NCBI GenBank assembly: GCA_018398765.1
Contig: JAHBMJ010000410.1
Span: 1 to 64,000, forward strand
Length of the DNA stretch: 64,000 bases
From: Chromera velia
Taxonomy: Eukaryota
Reading direction: 5' to 3'
The notes under the pieces are model-generated. The model saw only the letters and a program-made list of their open reading frames with translations. It did not search any database and was not told where the DNA came from. Shown here piece by piece: positions 25,149 through 38,144 of this stretch. Made by a program: the position numbers and the translations under genes. Positions within the stretch are counted from its first letter, which is position 1; every line of letters begins with the position of its first letter.

Positions 25149-27910
25149 CGACGCAGTAACCATGCAACTGGCCTTCCTCTCTCAAATTTCCATTTCTGCT
25201 TTTACTTCTTTCCCTTGCTCGAAGATGTCGCTGAGGGCACCTGGTATCTCATGCGTCGATCCAGAAAGAATTCGTTGGTTGCTTATGCAATGAGCAAGAA
25301 AACGATGCAAAGGATTGGTTGCATTATGTGGATCATGCAGATCTTATGGTGGCGTTGGGTGAGCTTGACGTGAACCGCCAGTCCCTGCCCAGTCTGTTCA
25401 CTCGGGCCCTCTTCGCCTCCTTCTCCTCCTCGAACAGTACATAAGCTTTGCATCTGCATCAGTTAAGATGAACATTCAAAGATCCAAGGGAAAAAGCGGT
25501 CCTTCCTTCCTTCCCTCCTTCCTTGCTGCCGGGAGACGCAAACATCCATCCCTTTCCCTCTCCCACACGCTCTTCCCCTGCTCACTTCTTCTTGGTCGTG
25601 ACGGTCGTCTTGAGAACTTTCCTGCAAGAACACATGGAAGAGTACCGATCTGGATTCAAAAACAACAGTCAGTCTGAAATGAAAGAAATAAAATTAGTGA
25701 AGAAATTTGTTCCCTCTTTCTGCCTGCTCTATTCTGCTCTTCAGCGCAAGCATATGCCCATGTGCGCCCAACATGCATGCGCCAGCGCCAAATTTCGGCC
25801 TCCACTTTCGCCCACCCGACGGCTCTCTATTCTCTGACTGTACGTGTGTGTTCGTTTTTTGTTGTACGTCATGCACTCTTTTTTTGGCTGTCTACTGACT
25901 CATGCAGCCTCCGTTTTTTGTAGTCTGCCTAGCTTCGCAGAGTCCGGCGAGTGCAGGGGGACATTGAGAGGCTGCGGGCAAAGAGGAACAGCACGTCTGA
26001 CTCACTGTACGTCAATAATCATTTGGAAAGAAAGAAAGAAAGAAAGGAAGGAAGGAAGGAAGGAACGAAGGAAAGAAAGAAAGGAAGGAAGGAAGAAAGA
26101 AAGAAAGAAAGAAAGAAAGGAAGGAAGGAAGGAAGAAAGAAAGGAAGGAAGGAAAAAAGGAAGAAAGAAAGAAAGAAAGAGAAACGGAACGAAACGGAAA
26201 GGAAGAAGACAACGGATCCTAGGCGTCTCTGTAAATTTGAGAGTTGCAGCAAAAAGGAAAGGAGGACGGCAACAAGGAAAAGCGAATTGACCAGAAGCAG
26301 CTAGTGGAACAACGTTCCGCAACGTTCAAAAGAGGGATGCTAGTGAGAGATGCTGAGAAGAGGCTTCAAGCAAAAAACCTGTGATTCGACATCCACCGAT
26401 GAATACTCTGACCAGCTGACCGCTGCCATTTTGAGAAGTTCTACTCGGTTTGCCTGCTTCAGCCCCTTGGGGCCAAAGACCCTCAACGCCTTCTTCGCAA
26501 ACGAAGATTCCTTCCTCTTCACGGCCAGGGAGGCCTTGAGCCTCTGCCTTCCGGAATCACCCACCGACGCACGAAGGTCTGCCCTCAGGATCCTCCCGTG
26601 TCACAGTGCCCTGGAGGTCAGCACTTCGTCTCTGGATTCTCTCATGAGCTCGTCTATCTGCCCATCAAGGGCCGTCGTTGGTTCGAAGGGGGGGGCGGAC
26701 TGCCAGGACGCAGGGACGACATTTGCCTTCTCGGTGTGCTTCCCTGTGCTGTCTCTCTTTCCGGTCTCCGCAGCTGCTACTGGAGCTGTGACAGTTCCGC
26801 CTGCGGTGCATTCGAGAGCTCCCACATGCTCACGACAACAAAGTTTCTCTTCATGTACCTCACCACCACAGCAGTGTCACAGTGAGGCTCATACGTGCGG
26901 TCTGTCCTCTCATCCACGCCGATTGAGAAACATGGGGATGCACGCACCTGCCTAGCGCACCTGCACACAAAAAAGCAATGAAAGGAATGACCCAGGTTGG
27001 AAAGAAACAAGATGACGAAGAACGAAGCGACTTCTGACCCACCTCTTCGGCCGCCTCCCGGAACAGAGCCTCTGCCAGTCATTTGAGCATCTCGCCCCAA
27101 CCTCTCCAGGATTTCTGTACATGCCTGGAAACTTCGGGGGGCCTGCAAATTCAGCAATCTCAATGGTCCACACAGTGTCTCTTCCACTCTTCGCGTCTTC
27201 TGCACACTTCCATGCACGCAAACTCCATCATCCGGACGTTCCCGGAATGTGTGGCCTTCAATTCCTGTCTCCACATTCGGGCCACCCGAGATTCCTGTTG
27301 CTCCCCCCCTCTTAGCCCGCTCTTCTGCTTCCTTTGCTAACTGTGCTGCTTCGTGGAGTTTCGTTTTCTGCATGCATGATGGACTTTGCACTTCTGGGAG
27401 TCTGTGAAAGCACCCGAGCCCTTTCCGTTTGCCCATCCTGTATTCTTCTTTTTTTGCATCAGGAAGTTCGTCTTTGGCTTAAGCGGGGTGCGCAAGTCGC
27501 AAATTGCCAGAAATGGGGGCCTCGCTTCTCCCTCTTTGGTTTTCTCTTCCTTTTCCTCCTCAACGGATTTTGGCTTCACCCAGCTGAAAGCATTTTTGCA
27601 AGATGCAGTCGGGAATCACCTGAGGGTTGTCTAGATGGTGGTTTGTGCGGGCTTTTTTCTCAGGGGGCTCAGAGTCTTTATTCTCTGCTGCTGCCCTAGG
27701 CTGCTGCCGCTGATGATGTGTCAGGAGGAGACGAACAAGAAACAGAGGCGGGAGGGCTCGCATCTGATGACCGGTCACTCACGCCGGGCGCCGTTCCAGG
27801 TCTGGTGAAGAAAGCAACCTGTGCAAGAGTGGGCTGCCGGTGGTGCAACTTGGCGGACTTTGCTTTAGTACTGCCTGACAACTCTTTCTTGCGGTTGCGT
27901 TTCATTGCTG
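23500..27910 (-). pseudogene. Degenerate orphan multi-exon coding region
   Basis: Protein-like minus-strand fragments (27696..27965, 27337..27579, 26601..26825, 26340..26564, 23903..24241, 23616..23810) separated by microsatellite-containing intron-like segments, with stops and frameshifts. No family recognised. Confidence 0.3.
26026..26210. repeat. (GAAA/GGAA)n purine tract
   Basis: Directly visible. Confidence 0.9.
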
Positions 27911-29345
27911 AAACACCTTGAAGCTCAGCTCGTGTGAGAAGTGAAAACCAGAGAAATTCGATCAAATTTGCTTTTTTGTTTGTCTTTCACTTCTCTCATT
28001 GCAATCGACTTGACGCCCCCTTCCCCTAAATCCTGTTTGAAAACAACAGAATCTGGTGGAGCTCGACTCACAGTGTTTGTCAAACACAACGATGCAAGCT
28101 CCTTCATCGTTCTGTGTACAGTACATATGTACGATATATGCATGTATCTTTGTGTTGCTCACATGTTGCTCATGCACTGCATATTCACTGCATGATCGGA
28201 AAAAAAAAAAAACAAAGGCACGCGGAAGCCTTTTAGGCTCTATTATTTTGAAAGTTTAAGTTTCAACCCGTCGTTGATGGAGGTTGCGGTACGCAGCGGG
28301 CCTTGGTGGATGGGTCAAAGCCGGGACCACGCACACGCACGCCCCCGCACCGTCGCCAGCCGGTTGGGCACGTGGGGGTAGGTGGGATCAAGCCCCAACA
28401 TCGCTTTATAAAATTTTAAAAAATAAGTGAGGGCGGCCTGGGTAGTGCCGGGCAGCTAAAGGTAGCCAGGGGTTAGGTGGGGGTAAGTGGGGACCCCTCC
28501 TCGCTACCTATCGCTACTTCTCGCCCCCGCTTACTTTGAACAACATGATGCATATTAAAAATATATATGTGCAGGCTGTGATACGTCCTGTTGGCTTAAG
28601 GGATAAATATAGGTATAATCACATAAATGTACAGTTAGAAGGCCTTAGGATGCCTTAAGTAGATTCAGAATTTATATTAATTAACCATATTAGTAATCAA
28701 TTACGATCAATCAATCAATCAATCAATTAGTAGTTACCAGTAGTTATTAACCTTTTATCAGTTTTACTTTCTATTAGACTTCTTAGCCGCTTTTACTGCA
28801 AGATTATATGCAAGACGATGCAAGATCCACTTCTTTATATAGCGTATCAAGCTAGCTATCAAGTAGCTTGAGTATTGACTCTAAATCTGAGTAGAAATCT
28901 AACTACATATAAGACAGATGTAATGAATATGCTACTAGAATATACCAGCAGTTATTAAGCACGAAAGAAACATTCCATCTGTTTGTTCTGTTTGCCAGGG
29001 TTAATCATCTCTCTGTTTCTTTCTTTTGTGCACACGCACGCACGCGGCACGCCCCTTTGGGTCGATGCGCGTACGTCAGTCGGTTCCGGGTGTGCTGGTG
29101 GTCGCACATAAGTACATACAGACAGGGTAGAGAGACCGAGACAGAGTCTAGGACAGAGTTAGGGGGGAAGACTCCCGGAAGAGACAATGTTGAAGGAACA
29201 ATCCATGCAAACAGTCGAGCAACTACTACCGCAGCGAATTTTTTCTCTAACTTGCTAAAAAAGACAGCCAACAAGTTTGGAAAACGGACAAAAGAGAGAC
29301 CTTCCTGACTCTCTACTTCTTGCGCCCTTCCACCTTTCAAAAGAA

Positions 29346-29377
<32 letters not shown>

Positions 29378-31489
29378 CGTCTTTGGAGCCTGCAAGAAAA
29401 GGTTGCCTAGACGCCTCATTCTGCCTTTTCAGGTCTTTCTTGCTTTCCTCTCTTCTGTTGCCGTTTGAATGGTCGGTGAACTCGCTGTGAACGGAAAGAG
29501 ACAGCCAGCATGCCTGAGAGGGCACTTATGATCGGTTCTGACATTCCTGCACTGCAAATTCTCGGTCCCTTTTTTCTTCCGCCCCCTCTCCCACGCAGCC
29601 TTTTCCCGTCCATCCAGCTGTCTCACTCTCCCCTGAGAGACTGCCCGACGAACCGAGACAAGACGGCCAACAGGAAGGAGAAGGGACAGACACCGCATCG
29701 ACTCCCACCCCCCATTGTTTCTCCCTCTGAGAAAACTGAGGGAGCCGTGGAGAACGCAAAAAGAAGAAAAGGAACAAACAAACATCTCACTTCTTGCAAT
29801 TGATTTATTGATGGGAAGGATGGTTAAAAGAACACCCAAATACCATCAGTCAGCAAAGCAGTCCTCTGGTACTTCCAAGAAAACTTCCCTCCTCCCCTCT
29901 CTTCAAAAAAACCCGTAAAGGGGAAAACAAAATCAGCACACGCAGACAGACAGGATTTAGGACTTGAGAGGCAAAAGGCCTGTTTTTTGCACACAAAAAC
30001 ACAAACAGACAGACACAAACAAAGAAGACGTCCGCACCACACAAACACGAAGAGTCGGTTCTCTGTTTGAGAAAACGCCGAAAGAAGAACACAAAACAAA
30101 ACCAGACAAAACGAGTGCAAGCATGAGCACGCATAGCATTCATGAAGAAAGAAAGAATAGTAGAAGGAGGCAACGGATATGCAGGTGCATGGCATCGACA
30201 AGTCAACAAAAACAGACGCAAACACGGCCTCACTTTGCGCATTCGCCCATGGAGTCAAAGCATCAAACAAGTACAAAAGGATTTACTACAAACCAGGGGG
30301 CAGACAGACAGAGTGACTAGAAGCACAAAAACTTGAACCTCATCTGACTGACGGGTTTCCTTCACTTCATTTTATTCTATCCAATCGCATTTGGAGGCTT
30401 TCCTTTTCTTCTTTGGGTGTCATCTTCTTTTTTCCTTGACTTTTCTTCTTTCATTTGTTTTCTTCCGGTGAGCAGACTTGCCACATGTTTCATGTGGATT
30501 CCGTTTTTTCTATCCATCTTATCCGCCTGCATGCCTCCTCTGCCGTTTGCCACCTGAGCGTCCACACACGCTAATTGCTCTCTTGGATGCGCTCACGAAG
30601 GAATTCAATTCGGTTTCTTCTTCCGTGCCTTTCCTTTGTTTCTTTTTGTCTTCTTCATTCGTTCGGCCGTTGTTGAGGTGAATTGAATTCTTTTCCCTTT
30701 GCAGCGCTTGGTATGAGAGAGAGAGAGAACTTCAATTCAGTGTGTTCACAAGGAAAAAGGAAGGGAGTTTTCCAATTCAGTCTGATTGTTGATGGACTTC
30801 CATGATTGTTCTCCTGCAACAAAACGGGGACAGTCACAACGAAGACAAAACACAGCACCGCATAAAAAAAAGCAATCTAGGCACTGAGCAACTCTATTTT
30901 CAGGTATTCATTCACACATTTCTTCACTGTCTCACTCGTACAATCAAGCAGTCAAAGAGACGACATGCATCTAGAGGCAACAACCCCCCCCTTGCCGGTC
31001 ATGCATGATTCAGAGGAGGCAGAAGGAAGAGAAGAGGAGGAGGGAAAAGGAAGACGTACTGCTCACTCATTCATATTGCTACCCACCTTTACCCCCCCCC
31101 CACTGCTGATTTTCTTCCCCACATATTCCTTAACTCCTTCAATGTTGTCACTTTTTCCTTCCCCGACCTGTTGGCACTCTTCCCCTCCGTCGTTACAGAT
31201 CGTTCTGATATATGTACATCTAGATCCCCTGCGTTATTCCCCCCCCTAACTGCCTGGGTCCTTCCTCCCTCCCTCCTGACCCCCAGTTTTGAAAAATCCT
31301 GAAGTCTGTATGAGAAAAGACAATTAACTGATCGAGCCGTGAGAGAGAGCAGGAACAAAACCACAAACAAGAAAGGAAGGAAGACATCGATCGCCCCCCC
31401 AATGCAGCCAGCCGCCCAACAACCTGCTCGGGCGGTCACCCACTCACTCAACAGAGGAGAAGGGGAACTGGCGTCTCCATCCCTTCCGT

Positions 31490-31525
<36 letters not shown>

Positions 31526-31576
31526 AGAGCCACGCAAATCACCAAAAGAAAGGCAACCTCCCTCCTTCTCCTCCTC

Positions 31577-33741
31577 CTATTTTCCTGCAGCCTTCTTTGC
31601 CTCTGCGGCCTCTGCCCGCTTGTTCAATTGTTCCTGGATCGCCTTCCATCCCACAGAGAACACAATGCCCTGCAGACCGTTCGTCAGAATTCGTGTGCCC
31701 AGACCTCGCCAGAAGAGCCCCCCGATTCCGTCCTTCGAGACAATCTCGGACACCGTCTGGGCGTACGTCAAAGGAACCTGCAGGGAAGGGAAGAAACGGC
31801 GTCGAGGAAAGAAAGTGAAAACACGTGCCGGGAAGGAAGGAAGCACGACTGGTGGTGGTTGGAGGGAGGAAGGCAGGAAGGGAAGGACGGGAAGGAGCTA
31901 CAAACAAAAGGGAATACAGGGGTCCAACCGCAAAAAGAAATTCCAACTGCACGCACACTCTCTGCTGTCTTTAATTGTCCTTTCCCCCCCCCTCCAATAC
32001 AAGCGCAATGAGGGTTTCCATCTCCTGCCTGCCTCCCTGTCTGCCTTCCGGCCTGATCGACCTTGGCGGTTTGTTTGGTCGTCTTGACCACTCTGATGCT
32101 GTTGGAGCACGTGTCCGAGACCACTGACGAGCAGAATCCGATCATCGCAGATCTGCAGAACTTTCCGTAGGGGAAGTCGAACTGCGGAAGCTCCTTGCTC
32201 AACGTGTTGTAGGTGAAGAACCAGGGGTAGTGCCCAACCTGCATGTCCACAATCACACAAAAGGGAGGGGGCAGCACATGAGCGAAGCGGAAAGAGGTGT
32301 GAACAAGAAACGAAGAGTGAGAGAAAAGGAAGCCTCTGTGTCTGCAAAGAGACTCTCTGCACGTGCCCGGTATTTGGACAATTCTGTGCCTGTTTGCAGG
32401 TGCGCACACACAGAGGCCGCATTCTTTACCAGTGGAAGCAGAAAAAGCGAGAGATGGAAGGGGGGAGCGAGAGCTTCAATAGATCAATCAGATATGTATG
32501 GATGCAGAAATAGAGACGGCGGAAATGGAACAGTTCACATAGAGTCCCGAAAAGTTCCCCACAAACGATCTGTGGAGACACACACACGGAGCCTTCTATG
32601 ACGGGTTGCTGCGGAAAACACACAAACCAGCTGGTGACATACAGACACACTCAGATCTCCAGCAGGGAGACAACGACACAGACCCAAGTTGTCTCTCTCG
32701 TTGCCTGCCTACCTGCCTGATTCTGGTTGTCTCTCTGCACTACTCACCCAGGTTGCACTCATTGCCGCGAGGGACCCGTGGAAGAGTTTGGAGATTCCGT
32801 GAGTGCGCACCTTGTGGACCAGGTCGGAGAGACCATTTCCTCCCTCGACCTGCTTGATCGTCTTCCAGGCTGCACAGACAGATGGGTCAATACGAGAATA
32901 TTGATCCAAAGAAGTATTGTATCGCTCTCCTTCAAGCTTGGTTCATACTTGCTTCCAAAAGAGCTGTCGACACACAAGGAGAGACAGCGAGCGCAGACAG
33001 ATTTCTTCTCAGGCAGCAAACAGTCCAGACGACCCCGACAAGACATAAAAACGGGCACCTGCCAGTGTCCGGCTGCTGTAACCTCTGGGGAACGAAATTC
33101 AAAGCGGTGCCAGAGGGAGGGGGGGAGAGGGGAAGCAAGGGGGTGCAGGGAGGAAAGGAAAGACGAAGGGAAGCAACGAAAGAAAGGAAAAGGGGGGGAG
33201 AATGGAGAGAAGAACTCCGCCTGCTGTACGCACTCACCGTCGATGGGCATCAAGCAAATACGAAAGCAGGCTGCCCCAAAAGACGCGGCGGCTGTTTTCA
33301 ATGCGACCGGCAAGTTCTGTGTTTGCTCCATGTTGTCAAGCACAGCGAGGACACCCACATTCGCGGCTGTGTCGCCGAATCTGGAAAGAGGGGCCTGCAT
33401 CAGCGCGGGCACAAGACCTCTGTAGAATCTCACCACGCCTCCTGCACACACAGAAGGCAGACGGGAGAGTGAAATGATCTAGGGAGCACGGGAGAGTCAA
33501 CTGTTCAGAGCAGGAAGCAGACGGACAAACCTTCTGCATAGAGTGTCTTTAGTGCATTGAAGGTCCCCCCTCCGTATCTGTACTGGTAGTTCATTGTGGT
33601 TCGCAGCCACATGAGAGACAGAACGTTAATCACTTGGGCACTTGCACCAGCAATCCCTCCTCGCAATGCTTGCCCTTTCGCATACTGAAAGACCTCATAA
33701 GCCGACTTCGGCTTTTGCTTCTGCGCCGATCCTGATGACAT
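31577..33741 (-). CDS. Mitochondrial carrier (SLC25/MCF) family protein, 304 aa, 5 exons
   Basis: Exons 33741-33531, 33441-33238, 32869-32748, 32238-32062 and 31777-31577, all GT-AG and phase-consistent. Three carrier repeats with EGGVVRFYRG, MPIDAWKT, HGISKLFHG and DGIGGLFWRG; ends in TAG. Confidence 0.92.
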
Positions 33742-34159
33742 GGTGCCGGCTCAGGAAGGTAAGAGAAGGTGTGAGAGGTCCCGAACGGCACACTGGAGAC
33801 TTTCGACGACGCCTGATCGACCAGATCGGCTGGATGCACTGCGGGTATAGATTGCCTGCCCAAAGAACGTGTCACCTCTTGTGAAGTCAATGTGCACTTC
33901 TCACTGCAGTGAAGCTTTGCAAGAGCAGAGTGTGGCCGAAGCTTTGAGATCGAAGCGGAGGGAAGCTTGAAGCATCCCAGTGGAAGAAAGATGAAGAGAG
34001 AAGCGCTGCTAGCTGAGGACAGACTGAAGCAGACTGAGGCGCGGACCCGGAAAGCACTCAAGAATGCGCACGAGCACTCAGTGCGGGGGCTTTCGCACGG
34101 AGTCTTCATGCATGCTATATGCATGGGCAGCATCGCCCCTGCCAGGGCCAATGAAATCT

Positions 34160-35010
34160 GACGCAAGCAAGCTTGCGAACGGCCCCGGAAAGCAAGAAAA
34201 ATGAGAACTGCACGATTGACGCACGCCGGCCAGCCTCGTGTCGNNNNNNNNNNNNNNNNNNNNCCGCGGGAAAAAAGCATGCGCGGAACCCCCCCCTCCC
34301 CCGGGAAAAAAGCCCGGGGGTAAGTGGAGATCTGAAACCCGTCTAACGCACGTAGACGCACGCATAGCCCAAATTCAGCCTTTCAGGGCCGGGTTTTTAG
34401 CGAAAGATCTGACTCAAGCAAGCTTGCGAACGGCTCCAGAAAACAAGAAAAATGAGAACTGCACGATTGACGCATGCCGGTCAGTCGGGGTTGCGCCAAC
34501 TCCCCCGCCCCCCCCCCCCGCGGGAAAAGCCGCGAAACTCTCCCCCCCCCTCGGGAAAAAAAAAACCGAGGTAAGCTGAAACCCATGTATCTGACATACG
34601 CATAGCGTAAATCAGCCTTTCGGGGCTGGGTTTTTGGTGAAAGACACTGCATGTATACACTTGCAAACGGCCTCGGAAAGTAAAAAAAATGAGAACTGCA
34701 CGCTTGACGCACACCGGCCAGCCAACCGGGCGGTCACGCCGATCTCCCCCCCCCCCNNNNNNNNNNNNNNNNNNNNNNNNNNNNNNNNNNNNNNNNNNCC
34801 CCCCCGCGGGAAAAGCCGCGGAACCCCCCCTTCCCCAGGAAAAAAGCCGGAGGGTATGCTCTAACGTACGCATAGGGCAAATCCAGCCTTTCCGCGGTCG
34901 CTTTCCAGGGCCACCCATCTGACGCACGCGTGCATAACGACGGGTTCATGCTTCTCTAGACCATTTGTGCGGAATCTTTCCGGAGCCTTTTTTTGGTAAA
35001 AGACACCATG
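34160..35010. repeat. Tandem ~250-bp GC-rich units with poly-C tracts
   Basis: The core CTTGCRAACGGC...GAAA...AAAAATGAGAACTGCACG recurs near 34170, 34420 and 34660; N gaps fall in the C runs. Confidence 0.85.
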
Positions 35011-35051
35011 CGTGCATGAGCTGGGGTATTTTTATTTTGTAAGTGCCCCTC

Positions 35052-38000
35052 TGTCAGGCCTGTATGAAGCGCCGCCGTGAGGCCGGCGGGGCACTTATCT
35101 GATTGAGGGGTTGCTCACACGGAGTATGGGCGCGAGATCGATAAACGCATGCGTCTGTATATTGATCAATATATGCAGTGAAGCATGCGTTCTGTTTGAA
35201 GCCATTAAAAGGGCATGATGATAGACTTAGCAGTATGACCATTGATTGTCAGACCTTACGATATAGGACTCCCTCAAGACTATCTCAAGATTTATACTCC
35301 AGTTAGAGCCACCACACTGCTAGGGTTCTTATTTCATATCTAGAGCCCCACGTGCACCTCTGATAGTTGGTTAACAGAGCTTCTGGCAACATGGGGCAGC
35401 AGTGATGGTTGGCAATCTGATCAGTAAGTAGGAGTCCGACAGTGATGAAGTCAGTATCACTTTCGATTGTCTGAAGTGCTGAAGGGCAGTGGAATCATGG
35501 ATCTGTCCAAGGAGAAAACTGGAAGAAGAAGAAATTTGGAGGAGGGAGTATGAGGGAGATTATCATTCTTATGGACTGATTGTTGTCTCTGGTTTGCTGC
35601 AATGAAGCACAAGGTGTCATGCCCATTAAGAAGCACCCCAGCTATGGAGGAGTTTTACGCAAAGAGATTCAGTGAAGGAGGTTTGAGTTCTCTGTCGTTC
35701 TTTGTGTGTTTGTTTTAATTTGAGGAGGTTTGTGTGAAGGAACTCTCTGTGTATGTATATAGTAACTGCAGGTGCAGTGATCTCCGAGTGGAGGGGGACG
35801 CTGGTACGCACAGCGGAACCTTCTACAAGGGGGCCTACTGCACTGTGCAGAGGGAGGAGGAACACGGGGGATTACTGGATTTTGCGGAGAGCTCGGAGTA
35901 TATCCGGGGTGGCTGTTTCGGTGTTAGAGGTGAGGCTTGTGAGGAAGAAGAAAGAGTGACAAGAGGAGGTAGGTTCGCTAGCTGTGTTTCAGAAACTTTA
36001 TGTCGCCTTCTAAATAAACAGTAGTGCCATGGGGGTACGGCAACATACTCACAAGTCAGTGAATCTGTGGGGATTGAGTTTTAGGAAATTTGTTTTGGGA
36101 GGAGGAAGGATGGGGTATGAAAAGGAAGGAAACTGTGTGTTGAAGTGGTTATGGCTTTGGGTGGTTCGTTCTCTTGCAGTGTCTCTCTACATCCTGACTG
36201 TCTTGTTTCTCTAGATAGGAAGATATCATGGGGATTCAGGTGGTTGAGATAAAGGGAGAGAAAAGAAGAAAAGAAAAGAATGAAGTGAAGATTGGAGGTG
36301 AGAAAGGAGATTGCCATACGAGAAGAACACAGGAAGAAAGGAAGAAGGAACAATCATTGGAGAAGCAGAGAAGCAATTCTTGTAAGGAAATAAATGTGAG
36401 GATCATAAGGATGGTGATGATGGGTCTCGATTTGTCTTTGCTTTCCCCTTTACACTCTGATTCTATTCCTTCCGTCCATCTTTGTATTGCATTGGGGGTT
36501 GTATAAATTTTCCACTTTCCCAGAGTGTTCTGTCCTGTCTAGGCCAGGGGGGGAAGAGAGAAGAAGTCGAGAGCTGTCGCTTAGGTGCACGTTAGGAATC
36601 ATGCGAGTGCTTTGTTTCTCTGGCTGTCTCTGCCTGTTGTCTTCACTTTCCCTCTGTGTGTCTGTCTGTCTGGGTGTTAGGGGGGAGAGTGAAAGGAAAC
36701 ATAAGAAAGTAGATGGGTTCCAAAAAAGACGCAGAGATGACAGAAACAGAAGAGAGAGTACACTTGAAGAGAGAGGCGTAGGTCTCTTTACGATCCTTAT
36801 CACTCTGTGTCTGTTCTGTTCTTAAATCAGAGATAGACGGAGTGGAAAGGAATGGAGTGTCCATGGAACTCTCGCTGTTTTGTTATGGTTGCTGTACTAC
36901 TCCCCTGACTCAGAGTCGTTTGATTGTGTCCCGCTCAAGGTTGAATATAACTAAGAGGTGTGTGCAGAGAGCAATTTGTAGTCTCTCCTGTGTGCAGAGA
37001 CTGAGTGAGAACAGAAGAACACACAGGACAGTACATGCAAGAAGAGAATGAAGAGCTGAGTGGGGAGAATAGCCAGCATCAGTGTAGAATAAGTGACCAT
37101 GACATTAACGCAGTAAACGAGAAGAGTGTAGATCAGAGAGAGAGTCACTGAGAGTGTGTTGATCCTGTTTAATCGCGTTCTCCAGTTCCATGATGGTCTT
37201 GTTCAAAAAAAAGCGCACACCGTTTGTGGCTGCATTTTTGCGTGTGTAGTCGCAGTGTTTTGGAAATTCCTGCAGAGTTCACCCAGCAGGTTAGACATGT
37301 TCTGCAGAGCATCGAGCAGAACATCACCACCTCGCAGTAGGGATAGCAGCAGATAGCGTTTAGAGAACGGAAGCGCGAACGAAGTGTGTCTGAAGGAGTA
37401 TGGAGCTGCACATCAATAAGCGGGCTACGTGCAAATTCGGCCTTGACGTAGCGGGAGGCCTGAGGGGAGAAGACAAAACAGAAAGGTGTAGAGAGGGTAG
37501 CATGTGCAGCACACTGAGTATATTGTAGGCTGGAGATGGGAGGCATTGCGGTCCTTTAGGACTGGAGGCCAGCGTATACCTTGAACAGTCGACTGGTAAT
37601 TGAGCACTCAAGGGCTCCAGCAGATGGCGTAAGAGGGTGTACTGAGCCAAACACTTGCGTTTCGGAGGTTGACTGCAGATGTGTGTGCAGATCAAAGCCT
37701 GTTGATTGGTGTTGTATGGTTACTTGATTCCCATTTTTATTAGTTCGTTTGTTTTGAAAGCGGGCAGATGTAGGGTGAGAGACGGTGAGAGAAAAGAAAG
37801 GAAATGTGAGCCGAGCGTGGACGTGAGCCTTGGCGAGCGGGCAGATGTAGGGCCTGTACGAGATGCCGCCGTGAGGCTGGCAGGGCACTTATCTGATTGA
37901 CGGGTTGCTCGCACAGAGTATGGGCGCGTACGTCTGTGCATTGATCGGTATTTGCAGTGAAGCATGCGTTCTGTTTGAAGCCATTGAAAAGGTATGTTGA

Positions 38001-38144
38001 TAGACTTAGCAGTATGACCATTGATTGTCAGACCTTATGATATAGGACTCCTTCAAGACCATCTGAAGATTTATGCTCCAGTTAGAGCCACCACACTGCT
38101 AGGGTTCTTATTTCATATCTAGAGCCCCACGTGCACCTCTGATA
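35052..38144 (+). mobile_element. Non-autonomous or degenerate LTR retrotransposon (3.1 kb)
   Basis: LTRs 35052-35365 and 37846-38144 (TGT...GATA, 15-bp indel). TSD CCCTC/CCCCC differs by one transition. PBS-like TGGTTAACAGAGC follows the 5' LTR and resembles the iMet-type TGGTATCAGAGC. No intact ORF; possible frameshifted chromodomain remnant at ~37516-37590. Confidence 0.85.
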
